Below are positions 55,547-64,000 of a stretch of DNA of 64,000 nt, one piece after another. The translations under genes and the position numbers were made by a program. This stretch comes from Myxococcota bacterium (GTDB lineage: Bacteria > Myxococcota_A > UBA9160 > UBA6930), in NCBI GenBank assembly GCA_965223705.1, contig OZ245015.1:1216001-1280000 (forward strand), in the 5' to 3' direction. Numbering within the stretch: the stretch's first letter is position 1; each line of letters begins with the position of its first letter. The notes beneath the pieces were generated by a model that was not told where the DNA came from, did no database searches, and saw only the letters and a program-made list of their open reading frames with translations.

Positions 55547-56731
55547 ATGGGAAACGGGTGCGCGTGGGTCGCCGCTGGTGCGGTAAGCGCCCTCGGAGAT
55601 TCTCTCGACGACATGATGCCGCGGATCCTGGCGTGCGATCCCGGCGGGTTGTCGGTCCGGAACGATCTCGTCGCGGGATGCGATCTGACCGTCGCGGACG
55701 TCACGTCGAGCCTCCCGGCTCTCCCACCATCGGTGGCACACCACAACACGCGAAACAACGCGCTCCTGCTTCGCGCCCTCGAGCCACTGCGACCCGCGCT
55801 CGACCGCGCGGTAGCGAGCTTCGGTCCCCACCGCATCGGGATCGTCATCGGGACCAGCACGTCCGGCACGGCGGAGGGCGAGCGGGCGATTTTCGAGTGT
55901 TACGACAACGGCGCGCTCCCGGCCGACTTCGATTACGGAATGCTCGAGTTCGGCGGTCCGGCGGCGTTTCTCCGCGAATACTTGCAGACCACCGGACCGG
56001 CCTACGCGATTTCGACGGCGTGTTCTTCCGGCGCTCGCGCGCTCGCGTCGGGGCGCTCGCTGATTCGCGCCGGCTTTTGTGACGCGGTCATCGCAGGCGG
56101 CGCCGACACGTTGTGTCGCCTCACGACGAACGGTTTCTCCGCGCTCCACGCGGTTTCTCCGACGGTGAGCAATCCGTTCAGCCGCAATCGCTGCGGGTTG
56201 ACGCTCGGGGAGGGCGCGGCGCTGGTGTTGATGACGGCGGAAGAGACGGGGATTCAACTCCTCGGCGTGGGAGAATCGAGCGAAGCCCATCACATGTCCG
56301 CGCCCGATCCCGAAGGGCGTGGCGCCGAAGCATCCATGCGCGGCGCGCTCGACGATGCAGGCATCGACGCAAAGGCCATCGCGTATTTGAATCTGCACGG
56401 CACCGGGACAGAGCTCAACGACGCGATGGAAGCGAAAGCGACCTCGCGCGTCCTCGGGCGCGAGGTCCCGTGCAGCTCGACGAAGCCCCTCGTCGGGCAC
56501 ACGTTGGGTGCGGCCGGCGCACTCGAAGCCGTGCTTTGCTGGTGGCTCTTGCAGCGGGGAACGGCCGCCGCGCCACCGCCGCATTGCTACGACGGAGACT
56601 ACGACCCCGAGATCGAACCCATTCGAATGGCCGATCGCGAAACACGCGTGGCGCTCGATGACGGCGCGGCTTTGATGACGAATTCGTTCGGGTTCGGCGG
56701 GAACAACTGCACATTGGTGATCGGGCGATGA
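55547..56731 (+). CDS. Beta-ketoacyl-ACP synthase (aryl polyene KS)
   Basis: ATG 55547; TRNNALL, IGTSTSG, ISTACSSG (Cys), LTTNGFSAL, LNLHGTGTELND (His), GHTLGAAG (His), NSFGFGGNN. Confidence 0.92.
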   Translation: MGNGCAWVAAGAVSALGDSLDDMMPRILACDPGGLSVRNDLVAGCDLTVADVTSSLPALPPSVAHHNTRNNALLLRALEPLRPALDRAVASFGPHRIGIVIGTSTSGTAEGERAIFECYDNGALPADFDYGMLEFGGPAAFLREYLQTTGPAYAISTACSSGARALASGRSLIRAGFCDAVIAGGADTLCRLTTNGFSALHAVSPTVSNPFSRNRCGLTLGEGAALVLMTAEETGIQLLGVGESSEAHHMSAPDPEGRGAEASMRGALDDAGIDAKAIAYLNLHGTGTELNDAMEAKATSRVLGREVPCSSTKPLVGHTLGAAGALEAVLCWWLLQRGTAAAPPPHCYDGDYDPEIEPIRMADRETRVALDDGAALMTNSFGFGGNNCTLVIGR

Positions 56732-57453
56732 AAGTCGGTGTCGCCGGTGTGGCCGCTTGGTCGAGCGAGTTCGAGACCGAAGAGGATTGGTCGCGGTGGG
56801 CGCACAACCCGACGCCCATTTCGGGAGACAGCGTTCCCGAGCTCCCCGACGTGCCGCCCATTCTTCGCCGACGCTGTTCCCCCCTCACGAAGGCCATGCT
56901 CGCCGTCTCTTTCCGCGCGGCGCAGGAATCGGTCCGCTCCCGGGCGCGGACGGTGTTTTCTTCGCGACACGGCGCGATTCATCTCGCTGTTCGCGTCATC
57001 GACACCCTGTATGCGAAGCGCCCGGTGTCGCCGATGCAGTTCAGCCATTCCGTGCACAACGCGTCCGCGGGGCAGTTCTCGCAGATCGTGGGCAACCGCG
57101 CGGCTTCGAGCTCGATCGCAGCCGGATCGGCCAGTTTCGGCGCCGCGTTTCTCGAGGCGATGCTCTTTCTCGAGCGAGATCCCGAGACACCGGTGTTGCT
57201 GGTGCACGGCGACGAACCCGTGCCCCCGCTATTTCTGCCTTTGGTTGCCGAGCCGGACGCGCGTTACGCGGTGGGGTTGTGCTTGACCGCGTCGGAAGGA
57301 TCGACGATCGAGTTCGAACCGACTCCGCTTTCCGACGCGGGTACGGAAGGGCGCAAATGGCCCGACGCGCTCGAGTTCGTGCGCTGGTGGTATTCGGACG
57401 AACCGTCCCTGGTGCTCGGTGCCCGTCCCCAGGGCTACCGCTTTACGCGCTAG
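56728..57453 (+). CDS. Beta-ketoacyl synthase chain-length factor (ApeC-like)
   Basis: [42 protein letters not shown] overlap with the KS. Confidence 0.85.
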   Translation: MKVGVAGVAAWSSEFETEEDWSRWAHNPTPISGDSVPELPDVPPILRRRCSPLTKAMLAVSFRAAQESVRSRARTVFSSRHGAIHLAVRVIDTLYAKRPVSPMQFSHSVHNASAGQFSQIVGNRAASSSIAAGSASFGAAFLEAMLFLERDPETPVLLVHGDEPVPPLFLPLVAEPDARYAVGLCLTASEGSTIEFEPTPLSDAGTEGRKWPDALEFVRWWYSDEPSLVLGARPQGYRFTR

Positions 57454-58175
57454 GCGAGCCCGCCATTGACCGAAAGCACTTGACCGGTGATGTAGCCGGC
57501 GCCGGGTGAGAACAGGAACGCAACCGCGGAGGCGACTTCTTCCGGGCGGCCCATCCGCTGCATCGGGATGAGCTGCCGCAACGTCTCCTGCGGCAGGTCT
57601 TCAGTGAGATCGCTCTCGATGAGCCCCGGGGCGACACAATTCACGGTGATCTTCCGCTTGGCCAGTTCGAGAGCGAGGGACCGACTGGCACCGATCAGGC
57701 CGGCTTTCGACGCTGCGTAGTTCACTTGGCCGCGATTCCCCATTTGTCCGGAGACCGACGAGATCGCGACGATGCGTCCGCCGCGATGGGCGCGCACCAT
57801 CGGCATGACGAGCGGCTGCACCACGTTGTAGAACCCGTCGAGGTTCGTGCGGAGCACCCGGTCCCATTCTTCCCCGCGCATGGCGGGGAACGCCCGATCG
57901 GCCGTCACGCCGGCGTTGCTCACCACTCCGTAGAAAGGCCCCTCCGCTTCGACTTGCTCCGCGAGAATGCGGGCGCAGGCCGCGCGGTCGGCGACGTCCA
58001 AGGCGAGCGGTTGTGCTGCTCCACCGTGGGATTCGATTTCTTTCGTCACCGCGTCGGCCGCTGCGCGCTCACGGCGGTAGCCGACGGTGATAGCGAACCC
58101 CGCCGACCCGAGTGCTACTGCGATCGCTCGGCCAATACCGCGGCTCGCGCCGGTGACGAGCACTCGGTCAGCCAT
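57450..58175 (-). CDS. fabG: 3-oxoacyl-ACP reductase (aryl polyene ketoreductase, ApeQ-like)
   Basis: [66 protein letters not shown]. Confidence 0.9.
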   Translation of the reverse strand: MADRVLVTGASRGIGRAIAVALGSAGFAITVGYRRERAAADAVTKEIESHGGAAQPLALDVADRAACARILAEQVEAEGPFYGVVSNAGVTADRAFPAMRGEEWDRVLRTNLDGFYNVVQPLVMPMVRAHRGGRIVAISSVSGQMGNRGQVNYAASKAGLIGASRSLALELAKRKITVNCVAPGLIESDLTEDLPQETLRQLIPMQRMGRPEEVASAVAFLFSPGAGYITGQVLSVNGGLA

Positions 58176-58620
58176 CGGCATCGACTCCTTCTCGCGTGAC
58201 ATAGACCTGCAGCGTTCCCGACGCGACGATCGCTGCGCTTTCCGCGTCGGAGACGGTGCAATCGAAGACGTGCAAACCCGACGCTCGGCCCGTCGTTTGC
58301 GCGCGAACCCGGTATTCCCTTCCGGCCTTCAGCGGATCCGGCGAGAAGGTGACGGAGCGAGCGCCGACGACGTAGCCGACCGCGGGCGCACTTTCATCGA
58401 GCTTCTGGGTGAGCCCCCCGTGAGCCGCTGCGCACTGCGCCATGTGTTCGACGGCGAACCAGGCGGGCGTGTCGCCGCCGATATCGGCGAACGGCGCCGT
58501 CGGTCGCGGAACGAACCGGCAGACGGTCGCTTCGGGATCGTGCGCGATGACTTCATCGAGTAGGCGCATCGCGCCTCCGTGTGGAACGAGGGAAGCGAGC
58601 GGCGGCCACGCGTCGGTCAC
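58168..58620 (-). CDS. Hotdog-fold dehydratase (ApeP-like)
   Basis: GTG 58620; [35 protein letters not shown]. Confidence 0.87.
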   Translation of the reverse strand: MTDAWPPLASLVPHGGAMRLLDEVIAHDPEATVCRFVPRPTAPFADIGGDTPAWFAVEHMAQCAAAHGGLTQKLDESAPAVGYVVGARSVTFSPDPLKAGREYRVRAQTTGRASGLHVFDCTVSDAESAAIVASGTLQVYVTREGVDADG

Positions 58621-59558
58621 GGCTTTTTCCAGAAATCGAAAAAATTGAACCACTGCATGGGTTCGCGCCGACACCACACTTCGAGCCAAGCGGCGTAGCC
58701 GGCCACGAGCTCCCGAATTCGCGCGTCGCGTCCACGCCGCTCGACGCGCTTGCCGTCGTAGAGGGGGGCGGCCGTTACTTCGTAGGTAGTGGGCCCGACC
58801 CGTACGCCGGTGGTCATGAGGATCGGTACACCGAGGAGTGTGGCGATCTCGAAGGGCCCGCGGGCGAATCTCGCTTCTTCGCCAAAGAACACGGCGGTTT
58901 CCGCCGCGTGGCCGCCTACCGGGGGCACGCGGTCGCCGAGGATCCCGACGAGTTCTCCGCGCTCGAGTCGCTTGCGAATCTCGAAGGTCGACGCGAGCGA
59001 GCCCGTATTCATGCTGATGACCCGAAGATCGACCGTCGGATCGAGCGCGCGCAGCACGGACTCGAGACGCGCGGCGTTGCGCGTATACATCACGACGTTG
59101 ATGACGACCCGATGGCGGCTGGCCAAGGCGCGCAGCATGTCGAAACTTCCGAGATGCGAACCCAGGAGGATGCCGCCTCGCCGGTTCTCAACGAGCTCGC
59201 GAAGGTGCTCGTCGCCGCTGTAGGTGAACTCGTACAGATGGCCGGAGCCGAGGAGAACACTCAGCCGGTCGTAGACCGAACGTGCGAACGCGAGCATGTG
59301 CCGAAAGGTGTCGACCCGCTGCGGTTCGCGGCCGAGAGAGCGGCGGAGGTAGTCCTGCGACGCATGCCTCGCGGTGCGGTCTGCGAGAAAGAAGTACGCC
59401 GCCGTCGGATACAGCAGCAAATACGTGATGCGGCGACCCAGGGTCCGATACACGAACAGGCCGAACCGGAGCCACCCGCTCGTGCCGCGCTCCGGTGTTT
59501 GGGTCCACTCGGGCTCGCGATGCGTGGCCTCGTGACTCGTGTCCGTTCGCGCGTTCAT
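58617..59558 (-). CDS. LpxL-like lipid acyltransferase
   Basis: ATG 59558; W...PERG, SHLGSFD (HxxxxD), ILGDR, FFGEEARFARGPF, PMQWFNFFDFW. Confidence 0.87.
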   Translation of the reverse strand: MNARTDTSHEATHREPEWTQTPERGTSGWLRFGLFVYRTLGRRITYLLLYPTAAYFFLADRTARHASQDYLRRSLGREPQRVDTFRHMLAFARSVYDRLSVLLGSGHLYEFTYSGDEHLRELVENRRGGILLGSHLGSFDMLRALASRHRVVINVVMYTRNAARLESVLRALDPTVDLRVISMNTGSLASTFEIRKRLERGELVGILGDRVPPVGGHAAETAVFFGEEARFARGPFEIATLLGVPILMTTGVRVGPTTYEVTAAPLYDGKRVERRGRDARIRELVAGYAAWLEVWCRREPMQWFNFFDFWKKP

Positions 59559-60295
59559 CGCGAACGAGCGTAGCGCCTCGCCAGAAGTGTAGGAGCCCGG
59601 GGGATCATGCCCGCGACCAGTCGCCCGTGAACGCCGGCGATGCGCAGCGTGTCCCACCAGGGATCGAAGTTCGAAAGACCGTCGCTGAAATAGCGAACGG
59701 CGATCGGGACATTGCGCACCGGAGTACCGGCCCACAGGAGACGGACGGCGATCTCCGGCTCGAACTCCATTCGGTCGCCCAGCTCGGTCTTCGCAAGCAC
59801 CCGGAGGGTCGGCGCGAGAGGCATGCAGCGCATGCCGCACAAGGGGTCGCGAATGTCGAAGGAAAGGCTCTCGAGCCACACCAGGACGCGGGAGAACTGG
59901 CGACCGAACATGCGCGAGGCGGGTGCAGACGCGTCGAAGACCGGCTCGCCGAGGATCAGGGCCTCGGGCTCGGAACGCGCGGCGTCGAGCAGTCGTATGG
60001 CATCCGCCGGATCGTGCTGTCGATCGGCGTCGATTTGCAGGCTGTGGCTGTAGCCGAGCTCCCCGGCCAGTCGATAGCCGTAGCGAAGGGCGGCGCCGCG
60101 ACCGCGATTCTCGTCGAACCGCTCGAGACGGACCCAGGGTGTTTGCGCGGCGAGCTTGTCGAGAATTTCCGCGGTGTGACCCGCACTCCCGTCGTCGATC
60201 ACGATGCACGGGAGTTCGAGGGGCGCCAATCCCGCGACGACTTCACCGACGGTATCGCCGTGGTCTTTGACCGTGATGAGCAGCGACGGTTTCAT
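59555..60295 (-). CDS. Glycosyltransferase family 2
   Basis: IDDGS, NRGRGAAL, QIDADRQHD (DxD), DPLCGMRC, RMEFEPEI.VRL.W.G. Confidence 0.9.
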   Translation of the reverse strand: MKPSLLITVKDHGDTVGEVVAGLAPLELPCIVIDDGSAGHTAEILDKLAAQTPWVRLERFDENRGRGAALRYGYRLAGELGYSHSLQIDADRQHDPADAIRLLDAARSEPEALILGEPVFDASAPASRMFGRQFSRVLVWLESLSFDIRDPLCGMRCMPLAPTLRVLAKTELGDRMEFEPEIAVRLLWAGTPVRNVPIAVRYFSDGLSNFDPWWDTLRIAGVHGRLVAGMIPRAPTLLARRYARSR

Positions 60296-61929
60296 GCGAA
60301 CTGGATCCGACCCGACGAAAGTAGCGTGTCGCCCTGACGGAACGAGAAGCGCAAGCTGCGGCGAGCCGCGTCGGCCTCGATCTCGAGTTCAAAGGTCTCG
60401 CCGGGGAGGAGCGGACGTTTCCACCGCACCCGCGGAACACCCGACGGCACCGCACCCCCCATTCTGGGCGCGCCATAGTGAATGACCCAGCCGAGTTGCG
60501 CGACGCCCGGCACGATGGGGCGTCCGGGGAAATGTCCTGCGAGAGCGGGCAGGGTGTCGGGAACGCGCGCGCGCAAGATCAGTCGCCGGCCGGTCTCGGT
60601 GCGTTCCAAAACCGTTGGAAGGCCGGCGTCGGCGGCCTCGTCTTCGCGCTCGAACAACTCGAGGAGCGAGGCCCGCGGGACCTTCCCCTGAGAGTTCTCG
60701 GGAAGTCTCGCGACGTAACGCCAGGCGCGGGGCAGGAGCACCGGCGCGCAATGTTTGCCCAGGTGGTCGCGAAGCGTTCGCCCGAGGCGGCGCCTCGTGT
60801 CGCGATCGCCCGGTACCGAACGCGCGGGCACGACGACCGCGCCGATCCTTCCGGTGTCGAGCTGGACCAATGCAGCACGCGCGACTTCCACGTGCTCTTC
60901 GAGGAGCGCTTCGAGATCCCCCAACGCGACGCGGTGCTCACCGACGTTGATGACGCGATCCGCGCGGCCCAGCAGGACGAAACTGTCGCCATCGATGCGG
61001 GCGCGGTCTCCCATGACAAACGGATGGGCGTCTTCGCTGACGAACGGCGAATCGACCGCGAGTCGGCCACTCCCCGCTTCGATCTCGATACGGACACCGG
61101 GGAGGGTGTGCCACACGGAAGCAGCTTCGGTTCCAGAATTGCGCCACGCGACGCCCCCGGTTTCGGTCGAGCCGAAAATCTCCGTGGGTTCGCGCCCGGT
61201 GAGAGCGGCGATACGGGCGGCGTCTTCGCGCTCGAGGGGGCCTCCCGAAGAAAAAATGCGCGCACAACGGGGAGCGACGGCCCGCCAGGTCGCCTCGGTC
61301 ACCCGCTTGAGAAACGCCGGCGAGGAAATGAGCGCGAACGGTTCGTTGCGGTCGCGGCACCGGAAGAGCTCGCCGTCGCTTCGCAGATTCTCGCTGGCAA
61401 AGTCGCGGCCGCTTCGAAGCGGCCAGAGCAACCGGAAGAGCAGACCGTAGAGGTGGTTGTGGGAAACCGTCGACACGATGTCGAGTCCTGTCATGGAAGG
61501 CCCGAACGTCCCCTCGAGCGCTTCGACCTCCGTCGCCAAGTGCGCGAGCGTTTTGGGCACGCGTTTCGCGGCGCCCGTCGAACCGGACGTGAAGAGCTCG
61601 AGGACGGTCGATTCGCTGTTGAGCGGTGCCAGCTGACGTTCAGCGCCCCCGTCGGGTTGGAGAAGCGCCACCGTTCCCGCGCCGTCATCCGAGAGCTGCC
61701 CCAAGATGCCGTCACCGAGCTCTCGCAGCGTCCCGGGGCGGGTGTTCGGCGGCACCACGGCGATGGCGTTCGCGTGAGCCACCGCGAACAAACCCACGGC
61801 CATCGCGTAGGGATCTTCGGTCGTCAGGAGCCACCGTCCGGGACGGATTCGTTCCGCGAGCCGGGCGACGTGCCGCGCGAAACCGGCGAGGGATGGCGCC
61901 GGCTGCACGGTGAGCCGGGCGAGGTCCAT
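60292..61929 (-). CDS. AMP-binding acyl-ACP synthetase fused to a hotdog dehydratase (ApeH/ApeI-like)
   Basis: FTSGSTG..K, TVSHNHLYGL, SSGGPL, EIFGSTETGG, GRADR, LPENSQGK; C-terminal LAGHFPGRPIVPGVAQL. Confidence 0.87.
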   Translation of the reverse strand: MDLARLTVQPAPSLAGFARHVARLAERIRPGRWLLTTEDPYAMAVGLFAVAHANAIAVVPPNTRPGTLRELGDGILGQLSDDGAGTVALLQPDGGAERQLAPLNSESTVLELFTSGSTGAAKRVPKTLAHLATEVEALEGTFGPSMTGLDIVSTVSHNHLYGLLFRLLWPLRSGRDFASENLRSDGELFRCRDRNEPFALISSPAFLKRVTEATWRAVAPRCARIFSSGGPLEREDAARIAALTGREPTEIFGSTETGGVAWRNSGTEAASVWHTLPGVRIEIEAGSGRLAVDSPFVSEDAHPFVMGDRARIDGDSFVLLGRADRVINVGEHRVALGDLEALLEEHVEVARAALVQLDTGRIGAVVVPARSVPGDRDTRRRLGRTLRDHLGKHCAPVLLPRAWRYVARLPENSQGKVPRASLLELFEREDEAADAGLPTVLERTETGRRLILRARVPDTLPALAGHFPGRPIVPGVAQLGWVIHYGAPRMGGAVPSGVPRVRWKRPLLPGETFELEIEADAARRSLRFSFRQGDTLLSSGRIQFA

Positions 61930-61934
61930 CGGCT

Positions 61935-62201
61935 TTACTGACTCCGGTTCGCGGCGACGAACTCGGCCAAGCTGCGAACCGAAGCGAAGATGCGAGCGTT
62001 CTCTTCCGAATCTTCTTGGATCTTGACCCCGAACCGGCCCTCTAACGCAATGGCCATCTCGAGCGCGTCGATCGAGTCGAGCCCCAACCCTTCACCGAAC
62101 AGCGGGTCTTGGCTGACGATCTCCGCCGGCGTGATGTCTTCCAACATGAGCGACTCGATGATCAGCGCTTTGATCTCTTCTTCGAGTTTTGCATCCGTCA
62201 C
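61935..62201 (-). CDS. Acyl carrier protein (aryl polyene type)
   Basis: LFGEGLGLDSIDALE (phosphopantetheine Ser), acidic 88 aa. Confidence 0.93.
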   Translation of the reverse strand: MTDAKLEEEIKALIIESLMLEDITPAEIVSQDPLFGEGLGLDSIDALEMAIALEGRFGVKIQEDSEENARIFASVRSLAEFVAANRSQ

Positions 62202-62953
62202 GCGGAACGCCCTTCAAGCTCTCGGCGGAGCACGCTCCGCACCTCGTCCATCAGCACCCGGGCGTTCACTCCCGCGCTGCGGTTGTCATCCCAGAATCGT
62301 TTCGCAGTGATCGGAGGGAGTGCGCGCAGGTGGAATTCGCCTCGAGAAGGCGGGACTTTGTACCACTTCTGACCCTTCCGCAACATCGGCGGATCGACAG
62401 AGATCGCGATCGGTACGATCTCGCAGCCGGTGCGAAACGCCAGGTGCGCCGCGGCTCGTCGGAAGGGGCCGAGGCCCGAGGCGGGCGAGCGCGTGCCCTC
62501 GGGAAACAGGAGTAGGGACCGCCCCTTGCGGAGCCGTTTTTCGCAGATGTCGACGACGGACGCCCCGGCGCCGGCGCGCGTGTAGTGCGCCGCCGCGATC
62601 GCGTCGCGGAGTGCCCAAGAGCGCGCGTGATTCTCAGAGACGACCACGTCTCCCTGAGGCAAGCGCGACAGGACGAGAACCGCATCGATCAGTGTCGGAT
62701 GGTTCGCGACATAGATGCGCGGCTCATCCCCCAAAAGATCGTCCGCCCCGCTGAAGCGTACGCGAATGATGCCGAGGAACGTCGCGACGCGGATCCAGAG
62801 TCGAAACCAACGTCGGATGAGGCGTTGTGTCGGAAGATCGGGTTCGGGGTGGCCCAGCCAGGCGATGAGACGCCCGATTTGTCCGCCGGTAAACGAGAGA
62901 AAGCCAAAAAGGATCCAGCCGACGCCGGTCGCGACGACGCGATAGCCCTTCAC
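62198..62953 (-). CDS. 1-acylglycerol-3-phosphate acyltransferase (PlsC/ApeD-like)
   Basis: VANHPTLID, LFPEGTRS, PFRRAAA, KWYKVP; start placed at GTG 62953, downstream of a -10 element (ATG 63010 is an alternative). Confidence 0.87.
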   Translation of the reverse strand: MKGYRVVATGVGWILFGFLSFTGGQIGRLIAWLGHPEPDLPTQRLIRRWFRLWIRVATFLGIIRVRFSGADDLLGDEPRIYVANHPTLIDAVLVLSRLPQGDVVVSENHARSWALRDAIAAAHYTRAGAGASVVDICEKRLRKGRSLLLFPEGTRSPASGLGPFRRAAAHLAFRTGCEIVPIAISVDPPMLRKGQKWYKVPPSRGEFHLRALPPITAKRFWDDNRSAGVNARVLMDEVRSVLRRELEGRSA

Positions 62954-62972
62954 GAGACCATTACCCCACTCG

Positions 62973-63005
62973 GTCGAGGCTACCACAGATCTTGGTAATC
63001 TCGAC
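62973..63005. promoter_or_regulatory. Symmetric back-to-back divergent promoter
   Basis: GTCGAGGCTACCA-N7-TGGTAATCTCGAC is an imperfect palindrome (11/13). Each arm reads TGG-TAnnnT-CGAC outward. Confidence 0.6.
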
Positions 63006-63008
63006 GGC

Positions 63009-63656
63009 ATGAGAAGACCCCTCGGGTTCATGCGCGCGCTCATCGCATGCGCCGCCGCGCTCGCGGCGGCTCCGGTCGGCGCCGAAGTGACCGACGACCC
63101 GGGGGTGAGCCTCGCGTCGGTGATGGAACGGCTTCGAGAATCCCCCGGTTTTCGCGCGGATTTCGTCGAGGTGAGGGAGATCGCCCTCCTCAAGGAGCCG
63201 CTGCAAACGGAGGGAACGCTCTACTTCGTTCCACCGGATCGGTTGGCGCGCGTCACGCACGAGCCGGAACCCGCGTTGATGGTGATCGAAGGCGACCGCT
63301 TGCTCACGCGCGACGCGCTCGGCGTCGAGGAGCTCGATTTAGCGGCGCAGCCGCGGGCGCGCCGGCTCGTCGATCAGTTGACGGTGCTTCTGCGTGGCGA
63401 TCTCGAAGCCCTTCACGAGGCGTACGAAGCGCGCTTTTCCTCCGAGAATGCGACTTGGCAGCTCGACCTGACGCCGCGTGACGTCGTTGCGCGCGAAGTG
63501 ATCGGTCGGGTGAGCCTCCGCGGCGAACGAGAGCGCCTCGAAGAGATGCAGTTCATCGACGCGAGCGGCGACCGCACGCGCACGCGCTTCCACAACGTCG
63601 ACGCTCGCTACGTTTTCGGCGAGGAAGAGCTTCGTCAAATTTTCCCCGCTCCGTGA
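63009..63656 (+). CDS. LolA-family outer membrane lipoprotein carrier-like protein (ApeL-like)
   Basis: Signal peptide; FRADFVEVREIALLKEPLQTEGTLYF, WQLDLTP, SGDRTRTRF. Confidence 0.85.
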   Translation: MRRPLGFMRALIACAAALAAAPVGAEVTDDPGVSLASVMERLRESPGFRADFVEVREIALLKEPLQTEGTLYFVPPDRLARVTHEPEPALMVIEGDRLLTRDALGVEELDLAAQPRARRLVDQLTVLLRGDLEALHEAYEARFSSENATWQLDLTPRDVVAREVIGRVSLRGERERLEEMQFIDASGDRTRTRFHNVDARYVFGEEELRQIFPAP

Positions 63657-64000
63657 AAGGCGTATTCGGGTTCCTCGGAGTGCGCGGCGTCCTGCTGATC
63701 GCAGTCGCCGGGATCGCCGGTGCGGTGTGCGCGACGTCTCTGCGCGTGAGCAGCGATATCACGCACTTCATGCCACGCGGCGGCGACGCTCTCGGCCAGG
63801 CGTTGTCCGAGCGTCTCGTGCAAGGCGCCCTATCTCGAACGCTGGTGATTGCGGTGGGGACCGACGATCCGACCGACTGCGTCGAAGCCGCGCGTTGGCT
63901 CGAAAGCGAACTCGCCCGGAACGACGCCGTCGAACGCGTGCGGGGAGGACTTGATCCCGACGCGATCGAGACGTTGGGAAGGCTCTACCTGCCGCGGCGG
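63653..64000 (+). CDS. MMPL/RND-family exporter, N-terminal part (ApeM-like; runs off the window)
   Basis: GTG 63653 overlaps the LolA stop; a TM helix then LRVSSDITHFMP...SRTLVIAV; frame open to 64000; typical position after lolA in these clusters. Confidence 0.78.
   Translation, partial: MKGVFGFLGVRGVLLIAVAGIAGAVCATSLRVSSDITHFMPRGGDALGQALSERLVQGALSRTLVIAVGTDDPTDCVEAARWLESELARNDAVERVRGGLDPDAIETLGRLYLPRR

Larger units (their letters stand above)
53936..64000. other. Aryl polyene/xanthomonadin-type type II PKS gene cluster (continues past the window)
   Basis: Halogenase, KS, chain-length factor, ketoreductase, ApeP-like dehydratase, LpxL-like acyltransferase, GT2, AMP-ligase/dehydratase fusion, ACP, PlsC-like acyltransferase, LolA and MMPL are contiguous. 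Confidence 0.88.

Noticed and set aside
55547..62201. Primary fatty-acid synthesis (fabF/fabG/acpP) locus
   Set aside because: The chain-length factor, ApeP-like dehydratase, GT2, LolA and MMPL context indicates an aryl-polyene cluster; no fabD, fabH or plsX.
1..64000. CRISPR arrays, tRNA/rRNA, riboswitches, IS elements, prophage or defence systems
   Set aside because: No DNA-level spaced repeats, RNA-gene signatures, transposase, integrase or phage genes were recognised. Intergenic gaps are under ~160 nt; an Infernal/Rfam scan would be needed to exclude small RNAs.

Overview
High-GC (roughly two-thirds by eye), gene-dense chromosomal window from a diderm bacterium (TolC, LolA and aryl-polyene genes). 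The gene content suggests a Myxococcota/Binatia-like lineage, which is inference only. No rRNA, tRNA, CRISPR array, transposase or integrase was seen. Left to right: the 5' part of a large LEPR-XLL/DUF4347 surface protein with W[DN]GxxW repeats, divergent from a TolC-family lipoprotein; an SDR-BKACE-FAD oxidoreductase operon; bioF-bioA-bioD plus a GT1 glycosyltransferase under a BirA-type operator; an NHEJ locus (ligD/ku) with MerR-HTH-TPR and DUF72 neighbours; a degenerate orphan tatC; a PAS hybrid kinase divergent from scyA-scyC scytonemin-type genes with no scyB; a ~22 kb lipid/cyclic-compound catabolic block (thiolase/DUF35 modules, acyl-CoA dehydrogenases, a BVMO, amidohydrolases and most of the window's six luciferase-like enzymes); a GGDEF-EAL protein; a carotenoid oxygenase/TetR pair with operators; and a xanthomonadin/aryl-polyene-type type II PKS cluster with a flavin halogenase that runs off the right edge. 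The best leads are the non-cyanobacterial scyA-scyC module, the NHEJ accessory genes, the halogenated aryl-polyene cluster and a recurrent leaderless-promoter signature. Family calls come from motif recognition and recall, not database searches.
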